This document shows positions 8,864-19,083 of a DNA stretch of 32,000 nucleotides, piece by piece; within the stretch, counting starts at the first letter, position 1; every line of letters begins with the position of its first letter. The DNA comes from Candidatus Methanoperedens sp. (GTDB lineage Archaea; Halobacteriota; Methanosarcinia; Methanosarcinales; Methanoperedenaceae), in contig JBGQBI010000004.1 of assembly GCA_041494705.1 (NCBI GenBank), positions 240,001-272,000 of the forward strand. The letters are read 5' to 3'. The notes beneath the pieces are model-generated. The model worked only from the letters and a program-made list of their open reading frames with translations. It was not told where the DNA came from and made no database searches. The position numbers were made by a program, and so were the translations under genes.

Positions 8864-8885
8864 CTCCAATGGAAGTGAGGGGGTG
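8864..8885 (+). promoter_or_regulatory. ORB box CTCCAATGGAAGTGAGGGGGTG
   Basis: It matches the ORB-type pattern and lies about 60 bp upstream of orc1/cdc6. Confidence 0.65.
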
Positions 8886-8942
8886 AGAACCATAAGTCTT
8901 AATACCTATCTTTCTGTTGGAGTTCTATAGGAGGTTAAAGGT

Positions 8943-10184
8943 TTGGATAGCAAAGCGATGACAATAAATGGTATTTTCGAGGACATGTTAATGGGTGTAA
9001 ACATATTTGAGAACAGGGAGGTTCTCCGTTCATCATATACACCGGATTATCTTCCACATAGGGACGAACAGGTTAAAGGGCTGGCCACGATACTGGTATC
9101 CGCGCTCAGGGGAGAAACACCCTCAAACATTTTGATATACGGGAAGACGGGAACAGGCAAGACCGCGGTTGCAAAACATGTAGGCAAGGAGCTTGAGCGG
9201 ACCGGCGAACTGCATGGCGTGCCGTGTGTTGTTGTATATATAAACTGTGAAGTCGTGGATACGCAGTATCGCCTTCTGGCATCCCTGGCAAGGCACTTTG
9301 ATAAAGAGGTTCCCATGACCGGCTGGCCGACCGATCAAGTATATACTGAACTTAAGAATGCGCTTGATTCTGATAAGCGCATCGCGATAATTATTCTTGA
9401 CGAAGTGGATAAGCTCATAACCAAAGGGGATGATGTCCTGTACAATCTCACCAGGATAAATTCAGACCTGAAAAAAGCAAAAGTGAGCCTGATAGGTATT
9501 ACCAACGACCTGAAATTCACTGAATTCCTTGATCCGAGAGTAAAAAGCTCGCTTGGCGAAGAAGAGATAATCTTCCCGCCATATGATGCCAACCAGATAA
9601 GGGACATCCTGCGCCAGAGAGCCGATACAGCTTTTAAACCGGGAGCTCTTGAAGAGATGGTGATACCCCTGTGTGCCGCATATGCTGCACAGGAGCATGG
9701 TGATGCAAGGCGTGCGCTTGATTTATTACGGGTGTCAGGCGAGCTTGCAGAGCGGGTGAAAGCACCCACGGTACAGGAGATACACGTTAAACGTGCCCAG
9801 GAGAAAATAGAGATAGACAGGATAGCTGAGGCGGTGAGGACCCTTCCAAGCCAGTCCAAGCTCATCCTCTTAAGCGCGGTTCTTCTTGGTCATAATGGCA
9901 ACAGCAGCATAACAACGGGTGAAGCCTATAATATTTATAAACAGATGTGCAGGATAATCGGAATCGAGGTCCTGACACAGCGCAGGGTGACGGATTTAAT
10001 ATCCGAGCTCGATATGCTTGGAATCCTGAACGCGACTATTGTCAGCAAGGGACGGTACGGGCGAACCAAAGAAATATCCCTCTCAGTCCCGACCGACAGC
10101 ACCAGCAAAGTTCTTTTTGAAGATTACAGGCTAAAACCTCTTGAGGATTACAGGCCCCCAAACCAGACAAAACTATACGCCTAA
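8943..10184 (+). CDS. cdc6: ORC1-type DNA replication protein (Orc1/Cdc6)
   Basis: Walker A is GKTGTGKT and Walker B is IIILDEVD. A sensor region and a C-terminal winged-helix part are present. The start is TTG 8943 (GGAGGT lies 7 nt upstream) or ATG 8958. Confidence 0.95.
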   Translation: MDSKAMTINGIFEDMLMGVNIFENREVLRSSYTPDYLPHRDEQVKGLATILVSALRGETPSNILIYGKTGTGKTAVAKHVGKELERTGELHGVPCVVVYINCEVVDTQYRLLASLARHFDKEVPMTGWPTDQVYTELKNALDSDKRIAIIILDEVDKLITKGDDVLYNLTRINSDLKKAKVSLIGITNDLKFTEFLDPRVKSSLGEEEIIFPPYDANQIRDILRQRADTAFKPGALEEMVIPLCAAYAAQEHGDARRALDLLRVSGELAERVKAPTVQEIHVKRAQEKIEIDRIAEAVRTLPSQSKLILLSAVLLGHNGNSSITTGEAYNIYKQMCRIIGIEVLTQRRVTDLISELDMLGILNATIVSKGRYGRTKEISLSVPTDSTSKVLFEDYRLKPLEDYRPPNQTKLYA

Positions 10185-10748
10185 AATCTTTCTGGGAATA
10201 AGAGACACATAACCAAGAACAGGAACCCTATAAAATCGCGCAACTCCGATGACCCACTCCTTTTTTACGGGCTGGAGATAACTTATACTGCCCTGCTGGT
10301 CATAAGCAGGGTTTGTCTTTGTATTGTCCCCTTTTGTGATATAGCCGGCATGAGGCGCGGGTGGACCGCCTGCCCACATGGGTTCTCCATTTTCAACATA
10401 ATCCATGGCACGGTGGATGATGGGCGTGACGCCCTCCCGGCCAAGAGGTCGGTATAAAATCACATCACCGGGTTCCTCAAAGGACGTATATTCTGTTTCT
10501 TGTCCTGTTTTGTATGTTATTATCTGGGTACGGTCTATGCTCTGAACAAAAATAATATCCCCTATCTGGATGTGGGGAATCATGCTGCCGCTTTCCACAG
10601 CCACCATGGGCGCCCAGAGCCCAAGGGCTATGTGGGAAACGGAAGCAAAAATCGCTACAACCGAAACAACGAAGAGAATGTCCCGTAATAAAGCTACCCA
10701 GAAATTCTCACTTTCATTGAATGATTTTAGTTTTTCCTTCAGGCTCAT
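10173..10748 (-). CDS. Signal peptidase I, archaeal/ER (S26B, Sec11-like) type
   Basis: The motifs are VESGSMIPHIQIGDIIFV, PIIHRA and GYITKGDNT, with an N-terminal TM segment. I take the start at ATG 10748 (MSLKEKL). The longer track ORF would run antisense into hisS. Confidence 0.8.
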   Translation of the reverse strand: MSLKEKLKSFNESENFWVALLRDILFVVSVVAIFASVSHIALGLWAPMVAVESGSMIPHIQIGDIIFVQSIDRTQIITYKTGQETEYTSFEEPGDVILYRPLGREGVTPIIHRAMDYVENGEPMWAGGPPAPHAGYITKGDNTKTNPAYDQQGSISYLQPVKKEWVIGVARFYRVPVLGYVSLIPRKILGV

Positions 10749-10845
10749 AAGCAGGCAGATAATATCGGAAGAAGTAATAAGGTTTGCCCCGAACCAATAA
10801 TCATACAGTTTATAAAGGACAAAGCCATAATCGTGGCGGATATTT

Positions 10846-12096
10846 ATGGAACTCCAGAGACCCCGCGGCACACGCGATTTTTTACCGGATGAGATGGCAA
10901 AACGAAGGTATGTTGAGAATAAGCTGCGTGACGCTGCAACACGATGGGGATACGGCGAAATCAAGACCCCGACTTTTGAGCATATCGAATTATTTACATT
11001 AAAGTCTGGCGAAGGAATCCTTGGCGAGATATACAATTTCAAGGATAAAGGAAACCGCGAGATTGCACTGCGCCCCGAACTCACTGCGCCCGTGGTAAGG
11101 ATGTATGTCGAGGAACTCCAGAAGTCGCCAAAGCCCCTGAAATTCTTTTATTTTGACAACTGCTTCAGGTACGAGCGCCCGCAGAAAGGGCGGTTCCGCG
11201 AGTTCTTCCAGTTCGGCGTGGAGATAATTGGAAGCGCGCGCCCGGAGTCGGATGCAGAGGTTATAGCTCTGGCTGTTGAAATGCTAAACAGCGCAGGCGT
11301 TCAAGGGGACCTGCATGTGGGGCACCTGGGGATTGTGCGGGCTTTGCTCAAGGACATACAGCCTGAGCACCAGAGCAGGATAATGCGCCTTGTGGATAAG
11401 AAGGACGACAAGGGGCTTGAGGAGTTCCTTGATGAGCTCCAGGCGCCGGATGAGATGCGGGGGAAGCTATTCCGCCTGATAGGACTTCGGGGTGAAAATG
11501 CTGTGCATGAAGCCCGGGAACTCGTGGGGGAAATTGATGCGATGTCGCAGTTCGAGGCGCTTCTTGACCTGCTGGATGTGTACGGGCTGGAATACCAGGT
11601 TGACCTTGGGATTGCAAGAGGTCTTGATTATTATACAGGCATGGTGTTTGAGATATACTGCGAGGGCCTGGGCGCGCAGAACCAGGTGTGCGGCGGCGGC
11701 TCCTATCGCCTCGCGGCGCTCTTTGGGGGCGAGGATACGCCCTCAACCGGATACGCTATCGGGTTTGACAGGATAATGGAGATATGCGAGGCAAAACCCG
11801 CAGAAATAAAGCGAATCGTGGTAGTTTCTTTTGATGATACGCGAAAGGAGGCAATCGTTATCGCAAGGAAGCTGAGAGAGCATGTCTCGACATACTTAGA
11901 CGTCATGGGGCGCAAGTTCAAGGACCAGATTTCCTATGCAAATACGATTGGCGCAAGTCATGTAGTGATTGTGGGGAAGAACGAGCTTGATGCAGGGAAG
12001 GTGGCGCTCAAGGATATGAAGACAGGGGTGCAGGAGCTGGTTACGGTGGAGGAAGTGGTGGGGAGGTTGGGTAATACCCCAAAACCATTCCAATAA
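10846..12096 (+). CDS. hisS: Histidine--tRNA ligase
   Basis: The N-terminus is [10 protein letters not shown]. Motif 2 is [20 protein letters not shown] and motif 3 is GGGSYRL. A C-terminal anticodon-binding domain is present. Confidence 0.95.
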   Translation: MELQRPRGTRDFLPDEMAKRRYVENKLRDAATRWGYGEIKTPTFEHIELFTLKSGEGILGEIYNFKDKGNREIALRPELTAPVVRMYVEELQKSPKPLKFFYFDNCFRYERPQKGRFREFFQFGVEIIGSARPESDAEVIALAVEMLNSAGVQGDLHVGHLGIVRALLKDIQPEHQSRIMRLVDKKDDKGLEEFLDELQAPDEMRGKLFRLIGLRGENAVHEARELVGEIDAMSQFEALLDLLDVYGLEYQVDLGIARGLDYYTGMVFEIYCEGLGAQNQVCGGGSYRLAALFGGEDTPSTGYAIGFDRIMEICEAKPAEIKRIVVVSFDDTRKEAIVIARKLREHVSTYLDVMGRKFKDQISYANTIGASHVVIVGKNELDAGKVALKDMKTGVQELVTVEEVVGRLGNTPKPFQ

Positions 12097-12128
12097 CTTA
12101 TATAACATTAGACTAACAACTATCCTTT

Positions 12129-12428
12129 ATGTCCACCGAACTTAAATCCCTAAAAGGAACCCTAATCAAGCTCGGTTTCTATTCAGACGAGAAGAGCCTG
12201 CTTTCCGATGCCTTTCGCGCTCTTTTTGAGATCAGACCCGAATTAAAGACAGAGATAGCGGTCGAAAGATACAAAAATGGTGAAATCAGCCTCTGGAATG
12301 CAGCAAGAGCCGCCGGATGCAATCTGGAAGAATTTAAGGAGATACTCCACAGCAGGGGTATTGTGATTAAAATATCTTCTACAAAAAAGGAAAGCGATGA
12401 GAGATTGAAGCGGTTTACTGGTGTTTAA
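12129..12428 (+). CDS. UPF0175 family antitoxin-like protein
   Basis: The pattern AVERYKNGEISLWNAARAAGCNLEEFKEIL is typical of UPF0175. The gene overlaps the downstream DUF3368 gene by 8 nt. Confidence 0.7.
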   Translation: MSTELKSLKGTLIKLGFYSDEKSLLSDAFRALFEIRPELKTEIAVERYKNGEISLWNAARAAGCNLEEFKEILHSRGIVIKISSTKKESDERLKRFTGV

Positions 12429-12930
12429 CTTGGACATAGTATTGGACTGTGATATTATCAGCACACTCGCAAAAATAGATAGAATAGATATTTTAGTTGA
12501 TTTGTTTAAGCACAGCAGATTAGTAATTCCAAATGCGGTGTATGTAGAATTGCTCGAAGCAGGGAAGATGGGGTTTACATTCCCCAGGAAGATATTCAAT
12601 AGCAAAATTGAATTGGCAACAATGAGCCAGCAAGAGCTCGATGATTTTGAAAAAACTGTAAAAAATCCAAAAATCCACAGCGGCGAGGCTGAAGGGATAA
12701 CTATTGCCAGAAACAGGACTGGAGTTTTTTTGACAAATGACAGAGTAGCAGTTAAATTCTGCGAACAAGAAGATATAGCAGTTCTGGATTTAAAAGACAT
12801 ACTTAGACTGGTTGCAAAGAAAAGGATAGTCAACGAAACCGAGATGATGCAAATAATCAAAGATATCGAAGTAAAAGATAATACAGTTATAGTTGAAACG
12901 AATGAAATTTTTGTAGAATATGAAAATTAA
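12421..12930 (+). CDS. DUF3368 PIN-like nuclease (toxin partner of UPF0175)
   Basis: The N-terminus is VLDCDIISTLAKIDRIDIL, followed by IPNAVYVEL and GEAEGITIA. This is the classic gene order for UPF0175-DUF3368 pairs. Confidence 0.7.
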   Translation: MFNLDIVLDCDIISTLAKIDRIDILVDLFKHSRLVIPNAVYVELLEAGKMGFTFPRKIFNSKIELATMSQQELDDFEKTVKNPKIHSGEAEGITIARNRTGVFLTNDRVAVKFCEQEDIAVLDLKDILRLVAKKRIVNETEMMQIIKDIEVKDNTVIVETNEIFVEYEN

Positions 12931-13057
12931 AGTGCCATCTTCACAGGACGTAGTCGCCATCTTCAGGAAAAGCGCAAAAGGCATGGGTAAACTCAAGTCC
13001 CATCCTCATGAAGCGTATGAAGAGGAACTGGAAGAAAGGATAAATTGAATTATATAG

Positions 13058-13255
13058 TTTGAATCAGACCTGAGGTTTATCGATGTTAATGATGGTGTGA
13101 TATGGAAAGCCCTTGAACTTATCAGGGAATACCAGCTTCTTCCGAGAGATGCCATACACGCAGCAACAGCTTTTATTGCAGGCGCAGAGACCGTATTTTC
13201 AGAGGATAAGGATTTTGATAACATCCCGGGTTTAAAGAGAAAGTGGAAATTTTGA
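13058..13255 (+). pseudogene. Truncated PIN-domain (VapC-like) toxin, C-terminal half only
   Basis: My own translation gives ...DLRFIDVNDGVIWKALELIREYQLLPRDAIHAATAFIAGAETVFSEDKDFDNIPGLKRKWKF*. This is the typical VapC C-terminal half. A TAG at 13055-13057 closes the frame upstream, so the N-terminal acidic-residue half is missing. Confidence 0.6.
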
Positions 13256-13623
13256 CAGAAAGAAAATAAGCCCAATTCATCACGTTTAATCACACACTCT
13301 TCACACCCACACTAATACAATTGTGAACGGCTTAGTGTGAGAGCCGCAATGAGGTTGTATCGGCAAGGTAATAATATGAAATGCAAACATTCAGACATCA
13401 ATTGCGTAACGCGCATCATCACCCAGACATGGGAAGAGAGCCGCGCATGTGAATATGGCGTATCCTGCAGCTACAAGGAAAAACGCTTGATAAATAATTA
13501 GGATTGGCTAAAGAGCCCAATCAAAATTGAGCCAATAGCTCCATCTCCAGCTAATTTTATCTTAGTTAAACCGTTTTTCAAGATTAGTTTTAAGAGCATC
13601 CATGCATTTTACAGACTCAACTG

Positions 13624-14616
13624 GTGAATCTATTGTCCCTCCCCGAACTAACCTTAATAATAACCGTAATAATTTTCCTGATGCTGGCATCGATATTCTT
13701 CAGCCTTTCTGAAACCTCGATAACATCCCAGAACAGACTTCGCCTCAAAGGCCATCTTGCAAAAGGGCGAAAAAATGCCGACATCCTGAAAGACCTTCTC
13801 AATACCCCTGAAAATTTCCTTGCCGTGATCTTAATCGGCAACAACATTGTCAATATAACCATCTCGGTGCTCATAACGGTCGTTGTAATCGATATTTTTG
13901 GCCCGGGTGCCATAACACTGGCGACTATAATCGCAACTCTCCTGATTGTGGCTTTTGCAGAAATAACCCCGAAAGCCTATGCTGCAAGGAACCCGGAGAT
14001 AGCCTACAAACTCGCACCCGTAATGAAATTCCTCGTATGGCTTCTAAAACCTTTAATCGTCTTTTTTACTGGATTCACGAATGTATTATTGAGGTTAATC
14101 GGGTCGAGCACTTCCATCAGGGAGCCCATCTTCCTGCGCGAGGACCTCTCCCATCTGATTGAAATGGGTGAAGAAGAAGGAGTAATCCAAAAACAGGAGA
14201 CGCACCTTCTCAAATCTGCGCTTGACTTTTCAGGGATAAAAGCAAAAGATATAATGATACCTATCGAAAAAGTCACCTGCATAGATTCCTCGGCGACACT
14301 GGAAGATGCAATTGAACTTGTCCGCACAAAAAAATTTGCAAGAATCCCTGTAATCAATGAAGGCAAAATCCTGGGATTTGTGCATATGAAAGATGCATTG
14401 AACAATCTTACCAGCAGGAAAAAACCTATAAGGGAACTGGCAAGACCGGCGCTATTTGCATCTCCTGACACTTCCCTGCTTGAACTGGTGGATTTGATAA
14501 AAGGCAGCCAATCAAGCATGTGCTTTGTTGTAAACGGGGAAGGAAAACCGCTCGGTCTTATAACGCTTGGGCTGCTGCTTGAAAATATCGTGGGTGAAAT
14601 CAGGCATATAGAGTAG
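13624..14616 (+). CDS. CNNM/DUF21 transmembrane domain protein with tandem CBS domains (CorC/HlyC-type transporter)
   Basis: The N-terminal membrane domain has about four TM segments and contains FAEITPKA. Two CBS-like repeats follow. The start codon is GTG. Confidence 0.85.
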   Translation: MNLLSLPELTLIITVIIFLMLASIFFSLSETSITSQNRLRLKGHLAKGRKNADILKDLLNTPENFLAVILIGNNIVNITISVLITVVVIDIFGPGAITLATIIATLLIVAFAEITPKAYAARNPEIAYKLAPVMKFLVWLLKPLIVFFTGFTNVLLRLIGSSTSIREPIFLREDLSHLIEMGEEEGVIQKQETHLLKSALDFSGIKAKDIMIPIEKVTCIDSSATLEDAIELVRTKKFARIPVINEGKILGFVHMKDALNNLTSRKKPIRELARPALFASPDTSLLELVDLIKGSQSSMCFVVNGEGKPLGLITLGLLLENIVGEIRHIE

Positions 14617-14618
14617 TA

Positions 14619-15440
14619 TTAATCCCGGATTGCAACGCCTTTTTCCCTCAAATACTCCTTTGCCTCGCCAATCGTGTACTCCCCGAAATGGAAAATACTA
14701 GCCGCAAGCGCAGCATCAGCCTTGCCTTCTGTGAAAGCGTCATACATGTGCCCGATATTACCGGCGCCGCCAGAGGCTATTATCGGGATATCCAGTGTTT
14801 CTGAAAGCGTCCTAGTTACAGGCAAATCATAACCGTCCTTTGTCCCGTCCCTGTCCATGCTGGTAAGCAGGATTTCACCTGAACCAAGTTTTTCAACCTT
14901 CTGCGCCCACTGGACGGCGTCGAGGCCTGTGGGTGTCCTCCCCCCGTAGATTACAACCTCGTACCAGGCTTTTGTCCCGTCTTCAAGCCCGATTATGGTT
15001 TTATCCTTATTATCCTTAATATTGAAATTACGCTTGCAGTCTATCGCTGTAACTATGCACTGGGAGCCGAATATCTCTGAAGATTCCCTCACAAAATCGG
15101 GATTCTTCACAGCGGCGGTATTGATGGAGACCTTATCAGCACCGGCGCGAAGGATGTTCCGTATCGCTTCCGTGCTGGCGATTCCACCGCCCACGGTAAG
15201 GGGGATGAACACCTCGTCCGCTGTTCTCTCTATCACGTCAATCATCGTACAACGCCGTTCATGGGATGCTGTAATGTCCAGGAAAACAAGCTCATCCGCT
15301 CCCTGCTCGTTATATCTCTTTGCCAGTTCCACCGGGTCTCCCGCATCTCGCAAATGTACGAACTCGACTCCCTTGACCACACAGCCCCCTTTCCTGTCGA
15401 GTGTTACATCAAGGCACGGGATGATTCGTTTGGTAAGCAT
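14619..15440 (-). CDS. hisF: Imidazole glycerol phosphate synthase, cyclase subunit HisF
   Basis: The N-terminus is [12 protein letters not shown]. The motifs [17 protein letters not shown] and ASGGAG are present. Confidence 0.95.
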   Translation of the reverse strand: MLTKRIIPCLDVTLDRKGGCVVKGVEFVHLRDAGDPVELAKRYNEQGADELVFLDITASHERRCTMIDVIERTADEVFIPLTVGGGIASTEAIRNILRAGADKVSINTAAVKNPDFVRESSEIFGSQCIVTAIDCKRNFNIKDNKDKTIIGLEDGTKAWYEVVIYGGRTPTGLDAVQWAQKVEKLGSGEILLTSMDRDGTKDGYDLPVTRTLSETLDIPIIASGGAGNIGHMYDAFTEGKADAALAASIFHFGEYTIGEAKEYLREKGVAIRD

Positions 15441-15490
15441 TGCCCTGCTTTTGTTGTTATGGAATGAAATAGTTTTGGTTTCGCGGGCGC

Positions 15491-15790
15491 TTACTTTTTG
15501 ATTGTCGTCTCCCCGAGCACCCTTTTTATCAAAGGCGCATTCCCGAACACGTCCTCACGATTGCCTTTTCCATTAAGATAGATAGCCACAAGCACTATAG
15601 TAAGCCCGATTAATGGGTTTCCCAGCGTGACAACCATGCCCACCCAGGCAAGCGCCCCCGCAAGCATGCCGCGTATTGCGCCTTTCCTGTACGATTCAAT
15701 CCTGGTGCGATGGAAGATGCGAATATCGCGAAGTGTCAGGAAAATAATTGCGGCAAAACCAAAAAGTGCGATATAGAGATATATGTCCAT
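15491..15790 (-). CDS. Small integral membrane protein, unknown function
   Basis: This 99-aa protein has three hydrophobic segments. Its start lies 1 nt after the stop of the upstream PIN-like gene, suggesting an operon. Confidence 0.5.
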   Translation of the reverse strand: MDIYLYIALFGFAAIIFLTLRDIRIFHRTRIESYRKGAIRGMLAGALAWVGMVVTLGNPLIGLTIVLVAIYLNGKGNREDVFGNAPLIKRVLGETTIKK

Positions 15791-15791
15791 A

Positions 15792-16487
15792 CTATATCCT
15801 GCTTTCCACTCTTTCAGGTTTTACACGTTTTAAGTATTCTTTTATCATGGCAGGAAAGGATTTTGCTTCCACGAAACGAAGACCAAGCTGCTCAGCCCAT
15901 TTCTGGATGCCGATATCGCTTGCGACAACGGCGGCGTCAAGCTCCTTGGCAAGCAAAAGCACGTCAATATCGGGCGCGCTGTCAAGAATACCGTACCGCA
16001 GCGCGTTCCTGTATTTGTCACGGAATGAATTTATTATAGCACCAATGACATTGCGCTCTATCTCAGGCTCAATCTCCTGTTTCGTCTTTGCCTTGGTGGT
16101 GCGGAAAAGGCACTCTGTAGCGGATTCCCATATCGCGTCCTCTGCAACGTTCATCCCTTTGTTGATGCGCCCGCGCATGAAATCCACGTAATCATAAAAA
16201 ATCTTGGAGGGGATTTTCACTTCATACCTGTCCGGGGTTTTCTTGACAAGCCACGTATCTATCTTTGCCAGCGTCTCCTCGTCGCAGCCATTGTTCCTGG
16301 CAAATTCCCTCATCTCGTTATATACAGAAGGATACGGGATGTAGCAGCTGATACCAAGGTTAAGGCGCGCCTCGGCTATGATATCAAGAATTCCTCCCAT
16401 TGCAACGCAAAGAGTCCCGCCCTCAAGTTCCCTTGTCTGTGTATCGGTGAGGGCGCTGGTATCAAGAACGAATCTCTGGCGAATCAT
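15792..16487 (-). CDS. UPF0278 / RNA ligase partner (MJ_0950 family) PIN-like protein
   Basis: The N-terminus is [13 protein letters not shown]. The motifs [35 protein letters not shown] and [15 protein letters not shown] match my memory of UPF0278. This was not checked against a database. Confidence 0.65.
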   Translation of the reverse strand: MIRQRFVLDTSALTDTQTRELEGGTLCVAMGGILDIIAEARLNLGISCYIPYPSVYNEMREFARNNGCDEETLAKIDTWLVKKTPDRYEVKIPSKIFYDYVDFMRGRINKGMNVAEDAIWESATECLFRTTKAKTKQEIEPEIERNVIGAIINSFRDKYRNALRYGILDSAPDIDVLLLAKELDAAVVASDIGIQKWAEQLGLRFVEAKSFPAMIKEYLKRVKPERVESRI

Positions 16488-16589
16488 ATAATGGATTATT
16501 ATCTTTATCGAGTTAAGAAACTTTCTGTTTATGCATGCTTTACGCTTTACAACACCTTTATATTCTGCCTGACTAATATAATCCCCATC

Positions 16590-17165
16590 ATGAGGGAATC
16601 AAAAGTATCGCGAAAAACAAACGAGACAGACATTGAAATAAAAATCAACCTGGATGGCTCCGGGAACACTGACATCAATACAGGCATAGCGTTCTTTGAC
16701 CACATGCTCAACTCGTTTGCAAAGCACGGTTCCTTTGACCTCAAAGTTTCCGCGCGCGGTGACCTCACGGTGGATGACCATCATACAGTGGAAGATGTGG
16801 GTATTACTCTCGGCAGTGCAATTCACAAGGCGCTTGGAGATAAGAAAGGCATCGAGCGCTTTGGTGAGGCGCGGGTGCCAATGGACGAGGCGCTTGCAAC
16901 AGTGGCTATAGACCTCAGCGGGCGCAGTTTCCTTGCCTTCAATGCCGCATTTGCAAACCAGAAAATTGGAGGATTCAATCCCCAGAATACACGTCATTTC
17001 TTTGAATCGCTGGTCGGTAATGCAGGTTTGAATGCGCACCTCAATGTCACAGGAGAGAACGACCACCACAAGATAGAGGCGCTTTTCAAAGGATTCGGCA
17101 TTGCATTAAAACGGGCGGTCAGGATAAGCGGTACAGGCGTGCCGAGTACGAAAGGCGTTTTATAG
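16590..17165 (+). CDS. hisB: Imidazoleglycerol-phosphate dehydratase HisB
   Basis: The motifs are [30 protein letters not shown] and [17 protein letters not shown] take the start at ATG 16590 rather than the track's 16491. Confidence 0.9.
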   Translation: MRESKVSRKTNETDIEIKINLDGSGNTDINTGIAFFDHMLNSFAKHGSFDLKVSARGDLTVDDHHTVEDVGITLGSAIHKALGDKKGIERFGEARVPMDEALATVAIDLSGRSFLAFNAAFANQKIGGFNPQNTRHFFESLVGNAGLNAHLNVTGENDHHKIEALFKGFGIALKRAVRISGTGVPSTKGVL

Positions 17166-17173
17166 TAATTTAT

Positions 17174-17224
17174 AAACCGAAACCTCGGTTTACGTAGTGT
17201 CCACGTATGGCTTCGCCATACGTG
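17174..17224 (-). repeat. Double-hairpin element, second copy (AAACCGA-aacc-TCGGTTT and CACGTATGGC-ttc-GCCATACGTG)
   Basis: Perfect inverted repeats can be read directly. The long arm differs from the 6075 copy at 1 of 10 positions. The element sits between the convergent genes hisB and the UbiA-family gene. Confidence 0.6.
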
Positions 17225-17243
17225 TTGAATTTAATAAACTTTT

Positions 17244-18098
17244 CTAAAGGTTTTTGAAAATACTCCCCGCAATGAACGCCAGGAGGGCGAAGAACATGGC
17301 GATTTTAAAATATTTTGAAGATGCTGAAGGGTTCTTTTTCAGTATCAATAACACAGCATATAAGAAAAGGGCATCCGCAATCCCGACAATATAAAGATAG
17401 GATTCGTTAAACAAACTCATGAGATACGGCAGCGGGCTCAGGATAACTGCCAGAATCCCGAATGTGCAGGCAACGTAAGCCGAAGGGCCTTCTCCGATTC
17501 TTATGGGCAGGGTTGACGCCCCTTCTTTCCTGTCCCCGTCAATATCCTCGATTGCCTTGACAATTTCACGCGCAAGAGTTGCAAGCACGGAAAGGAAAAA
17601 AAGAACCAGGGTTATCCGGATACCTTTCTCTCCAAAAGCAGCGCCGCCGAAGAGGAATGTTGAGCCAGTCAGGTATGCAACGCTTAAGTTCCCAACAAAG
17701 ACCTTTCTTTTCAGCGAGAAGGCATAGAAATATAAAAGCAAGGAGTTAAATGCTGCAATAAAAAAAGGGAAGCGCGATGTGCCGATAAAGTAAGAAATGA
17801 TAACGCCTGCTGCAAAAAGTGCAATTGAGAATTTATAAGCGGATTCTTTAGTTATTCTCCCTGAAGGTATGGGGCGGTCAGGGCGGTTAATAGCGTCAAT
17901 ACCGGCGTCGAAATAGTCGTTTATAGCATTGCCGGCGCCAGTGACAAGGAAAACAGTGAGAAATACAGGCAACAGCCAAATTAACGGACCCGGCGCCGCG
18001 CTATAAGCTATGAAACCCCCGACCACGGCTGCAAGTCCTGCCATTGCGCAGTTCCTGTATCGCATCAGTTCAAGGAGTATCCTAAAGTTTCCCATCAA
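17244..18098 (-). CDS. UbiA-family prenyltransferase, digeranylgeranylglyceryl phosphate synthase type
   Basis: The motif NAINDYFDAGIDAINRPDRPIPSGRI is present, along with a second Asp-rich region (EDIDGDRKEG). The protein has about eight TM helices. Confidence 0.75.
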   Translation of the reverse strand: MMGNFRILLELMRYRNCAMAGLAAVVGGFIAYSAAPGPLIWLLPVFLTVFLVTGAGNAINDYFDAGIDAINRPDRPIPSGRITKESAYKFSIALFAAGVIISYFIGTSRFPFFIAAFNSLLLYFYAFSLKRKVFVGNLSVAYLTGSTFLFGGAAFGEKGIRITLVLFFLSVLATLAREIVKAIEDIDGDRKEGASTLPIRIGEGPSAYVACTFGILAVILSPLPYLMSLFNESYLYIVGIADALFLYAVLLILKKNPSASSKYFKIAMFFALLAFIAGSIFKNL

Positions 18099-19003
18099 TC
18101 ACCGCGCCCCATTTCAAGCATCCTGTCAAGCGTCCGTTTTGCTTTTACCCTCACACCCTCAGGGATTTTAATTACGTGCTCGTTTCTCTCAAGCGCGCAG
18201 ATTATACTCCCGAGCGTGTTCATTTTCATGTTCGGGCAGACAGCGTATTTCGTTGCCGGGATAAAGGTCTTGTCCGGGTTTTCCTTGTTCAACCTGTGCA
18301 AAAGCCCAACCTCGGTTCCTATGATAAACTCCTTTGAGTTCGATTGCCTGGCATATTTTAACATTCCTGCTGTACTCAATACCTGGTCTGCAAGTGCTAT
18401 GACTTCAGGCCTGCACTCAGGATGGACAAGGATTTCAGCATCAGGATGCTCTTCTTTCTCAAGCAATATGTCGCCGGGCAGTATCAGGTGATGGGTGGGA
18501 CAGTAGCCGTTCCAGGGAATGATTTTCTTTTCTGTGTGGGCTGCAACGTAAAGGGCAAGGTTCCTGTCAGGGACAAAGATTATTTCGTTTTCCGGCAGTG
18601 CATTAACCACTTTAACAGCGTTTGCCGATGTGCAGCATATATCGCTTTCTGCCTTCACCGATGCCGGCGTATTAACATAACAGACAACAGCAGCGCCGGG
18701 ATATTTTTCCTTTTCACGTCTCAGGGATTCCGGGGTTATCATGGCTGCCATGGGGCACTGGGCTGACAGTTCGGGCATGAGTACGGTTTTTTCAGGGTTA
18801 AGTACAGCCGCGCTTTCTGCCATGAAATCCACGCCGCAAAAAACAATGATATCCGCGCCGCTTGAAACTGCTTTCTGGCTCAAGCCAAATGAATCCCCTA
18901 CGAAATCAGCAATATCCTGCACGTTCCCCCGCTGGTAGTTATGTGCGAGAATGATTGCGTTTCTTTCTTTTTTCAATTGTCTTATTCTTTCAACTTCGTC
19001 CAT
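18095..19003 (-). CDS. nadA: Quinolinate synthase NadA
   Basis: The N-terminal region is KERNAIILAHNYQ. The motifs FCGVDFMAE and VHPEC and conserved Cys residues are present. A 4-nt overlap links it to the downstream UbiA gene. Confidence 0.93.
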   Translation of the reverse strand: MDEVERIRQLKKERNAIILAHNYQRGNVQDIADFVGDSFGLSQKAVSSGADIIVFCGVDFMAESAAVLNPEKTVLMPELSAQCPMAAMITPESLRREKEKYPGAAVVCYVNTPASVKAESDICCTSANAVKVVNALPENEIIFVPDRNLALYVAAHTEKKIIPWNGYCPTHHLILPGDILLEKEEHPDAEILVHPECRPEVIALADQVLSTAGMLKYARQSNSKEFIIGTEVGLLHRLNKENPDKTFIPATKYAVCPNMKMNTLGSIICALERNEHVIKIPEGVRVKAKRTLDRMLEMGRGD

Positions 19004-19083
19004 ATTTCAGGGTCAAACATTATCCTATTGCTTAAATTGTTTTCTAACTTTCATGGCAATATTAAAGTGAATTGAAAGACTTT

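Larger units (their letters stand above)
8408..8942. other. Chromosomal replication origin (oriC) upstream of orc1/cdc6
   Basis: This 535-bp non-coding region lies directly upstream of orc1/cdc6. It holds an AT-rich core and three same-strand ORB boxes, plus a palindromic GGAGTTCTATAGGAG at 8919-8933. Confidence 0.75.

Noticed and set aside
10749-11084. N-terminal 112 codons of the track ORF 10173..11084 (minus strand)
   Set aside because: This part runs antisense through the start of hisS and has no signal-peptidase similarity. The internal ATG at 10748 gives a normal-length Sec11-type peptidase with its TM anchor.
13006-13293. 95-aa minus-strand ORF
   Set aside because: It is antisense to the clearly PIN-like reading frame at 13058-13255.
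13405-13440. GTGATGA...CTGA on the minus strand as a possible C/D box sRNA
   Set aside because: The distance from C box to D box is only about 32 nt, with no C'/D' pair. That is too short for a C/D RNA.
13349-13501. 50-aa ORF with four Cys (MRLYRQGNNMKCKHSDINCVTRIITQTWEESRACEYGVSCSYKEKRLINN)
   Set aside because: It has no convincing ribosome-binding site or promoter and no recognisable motif. I cannot separate it from chance without conservation data.
16491-16589. 5' extension of the hisB ORF ([10 protein letters not shown]...)
   Set aside because: The extension is AT-rich promoter-like sequence. The conserved HisB N-terminus ([11 protein letters not shown]) begins just after ATG 16590.
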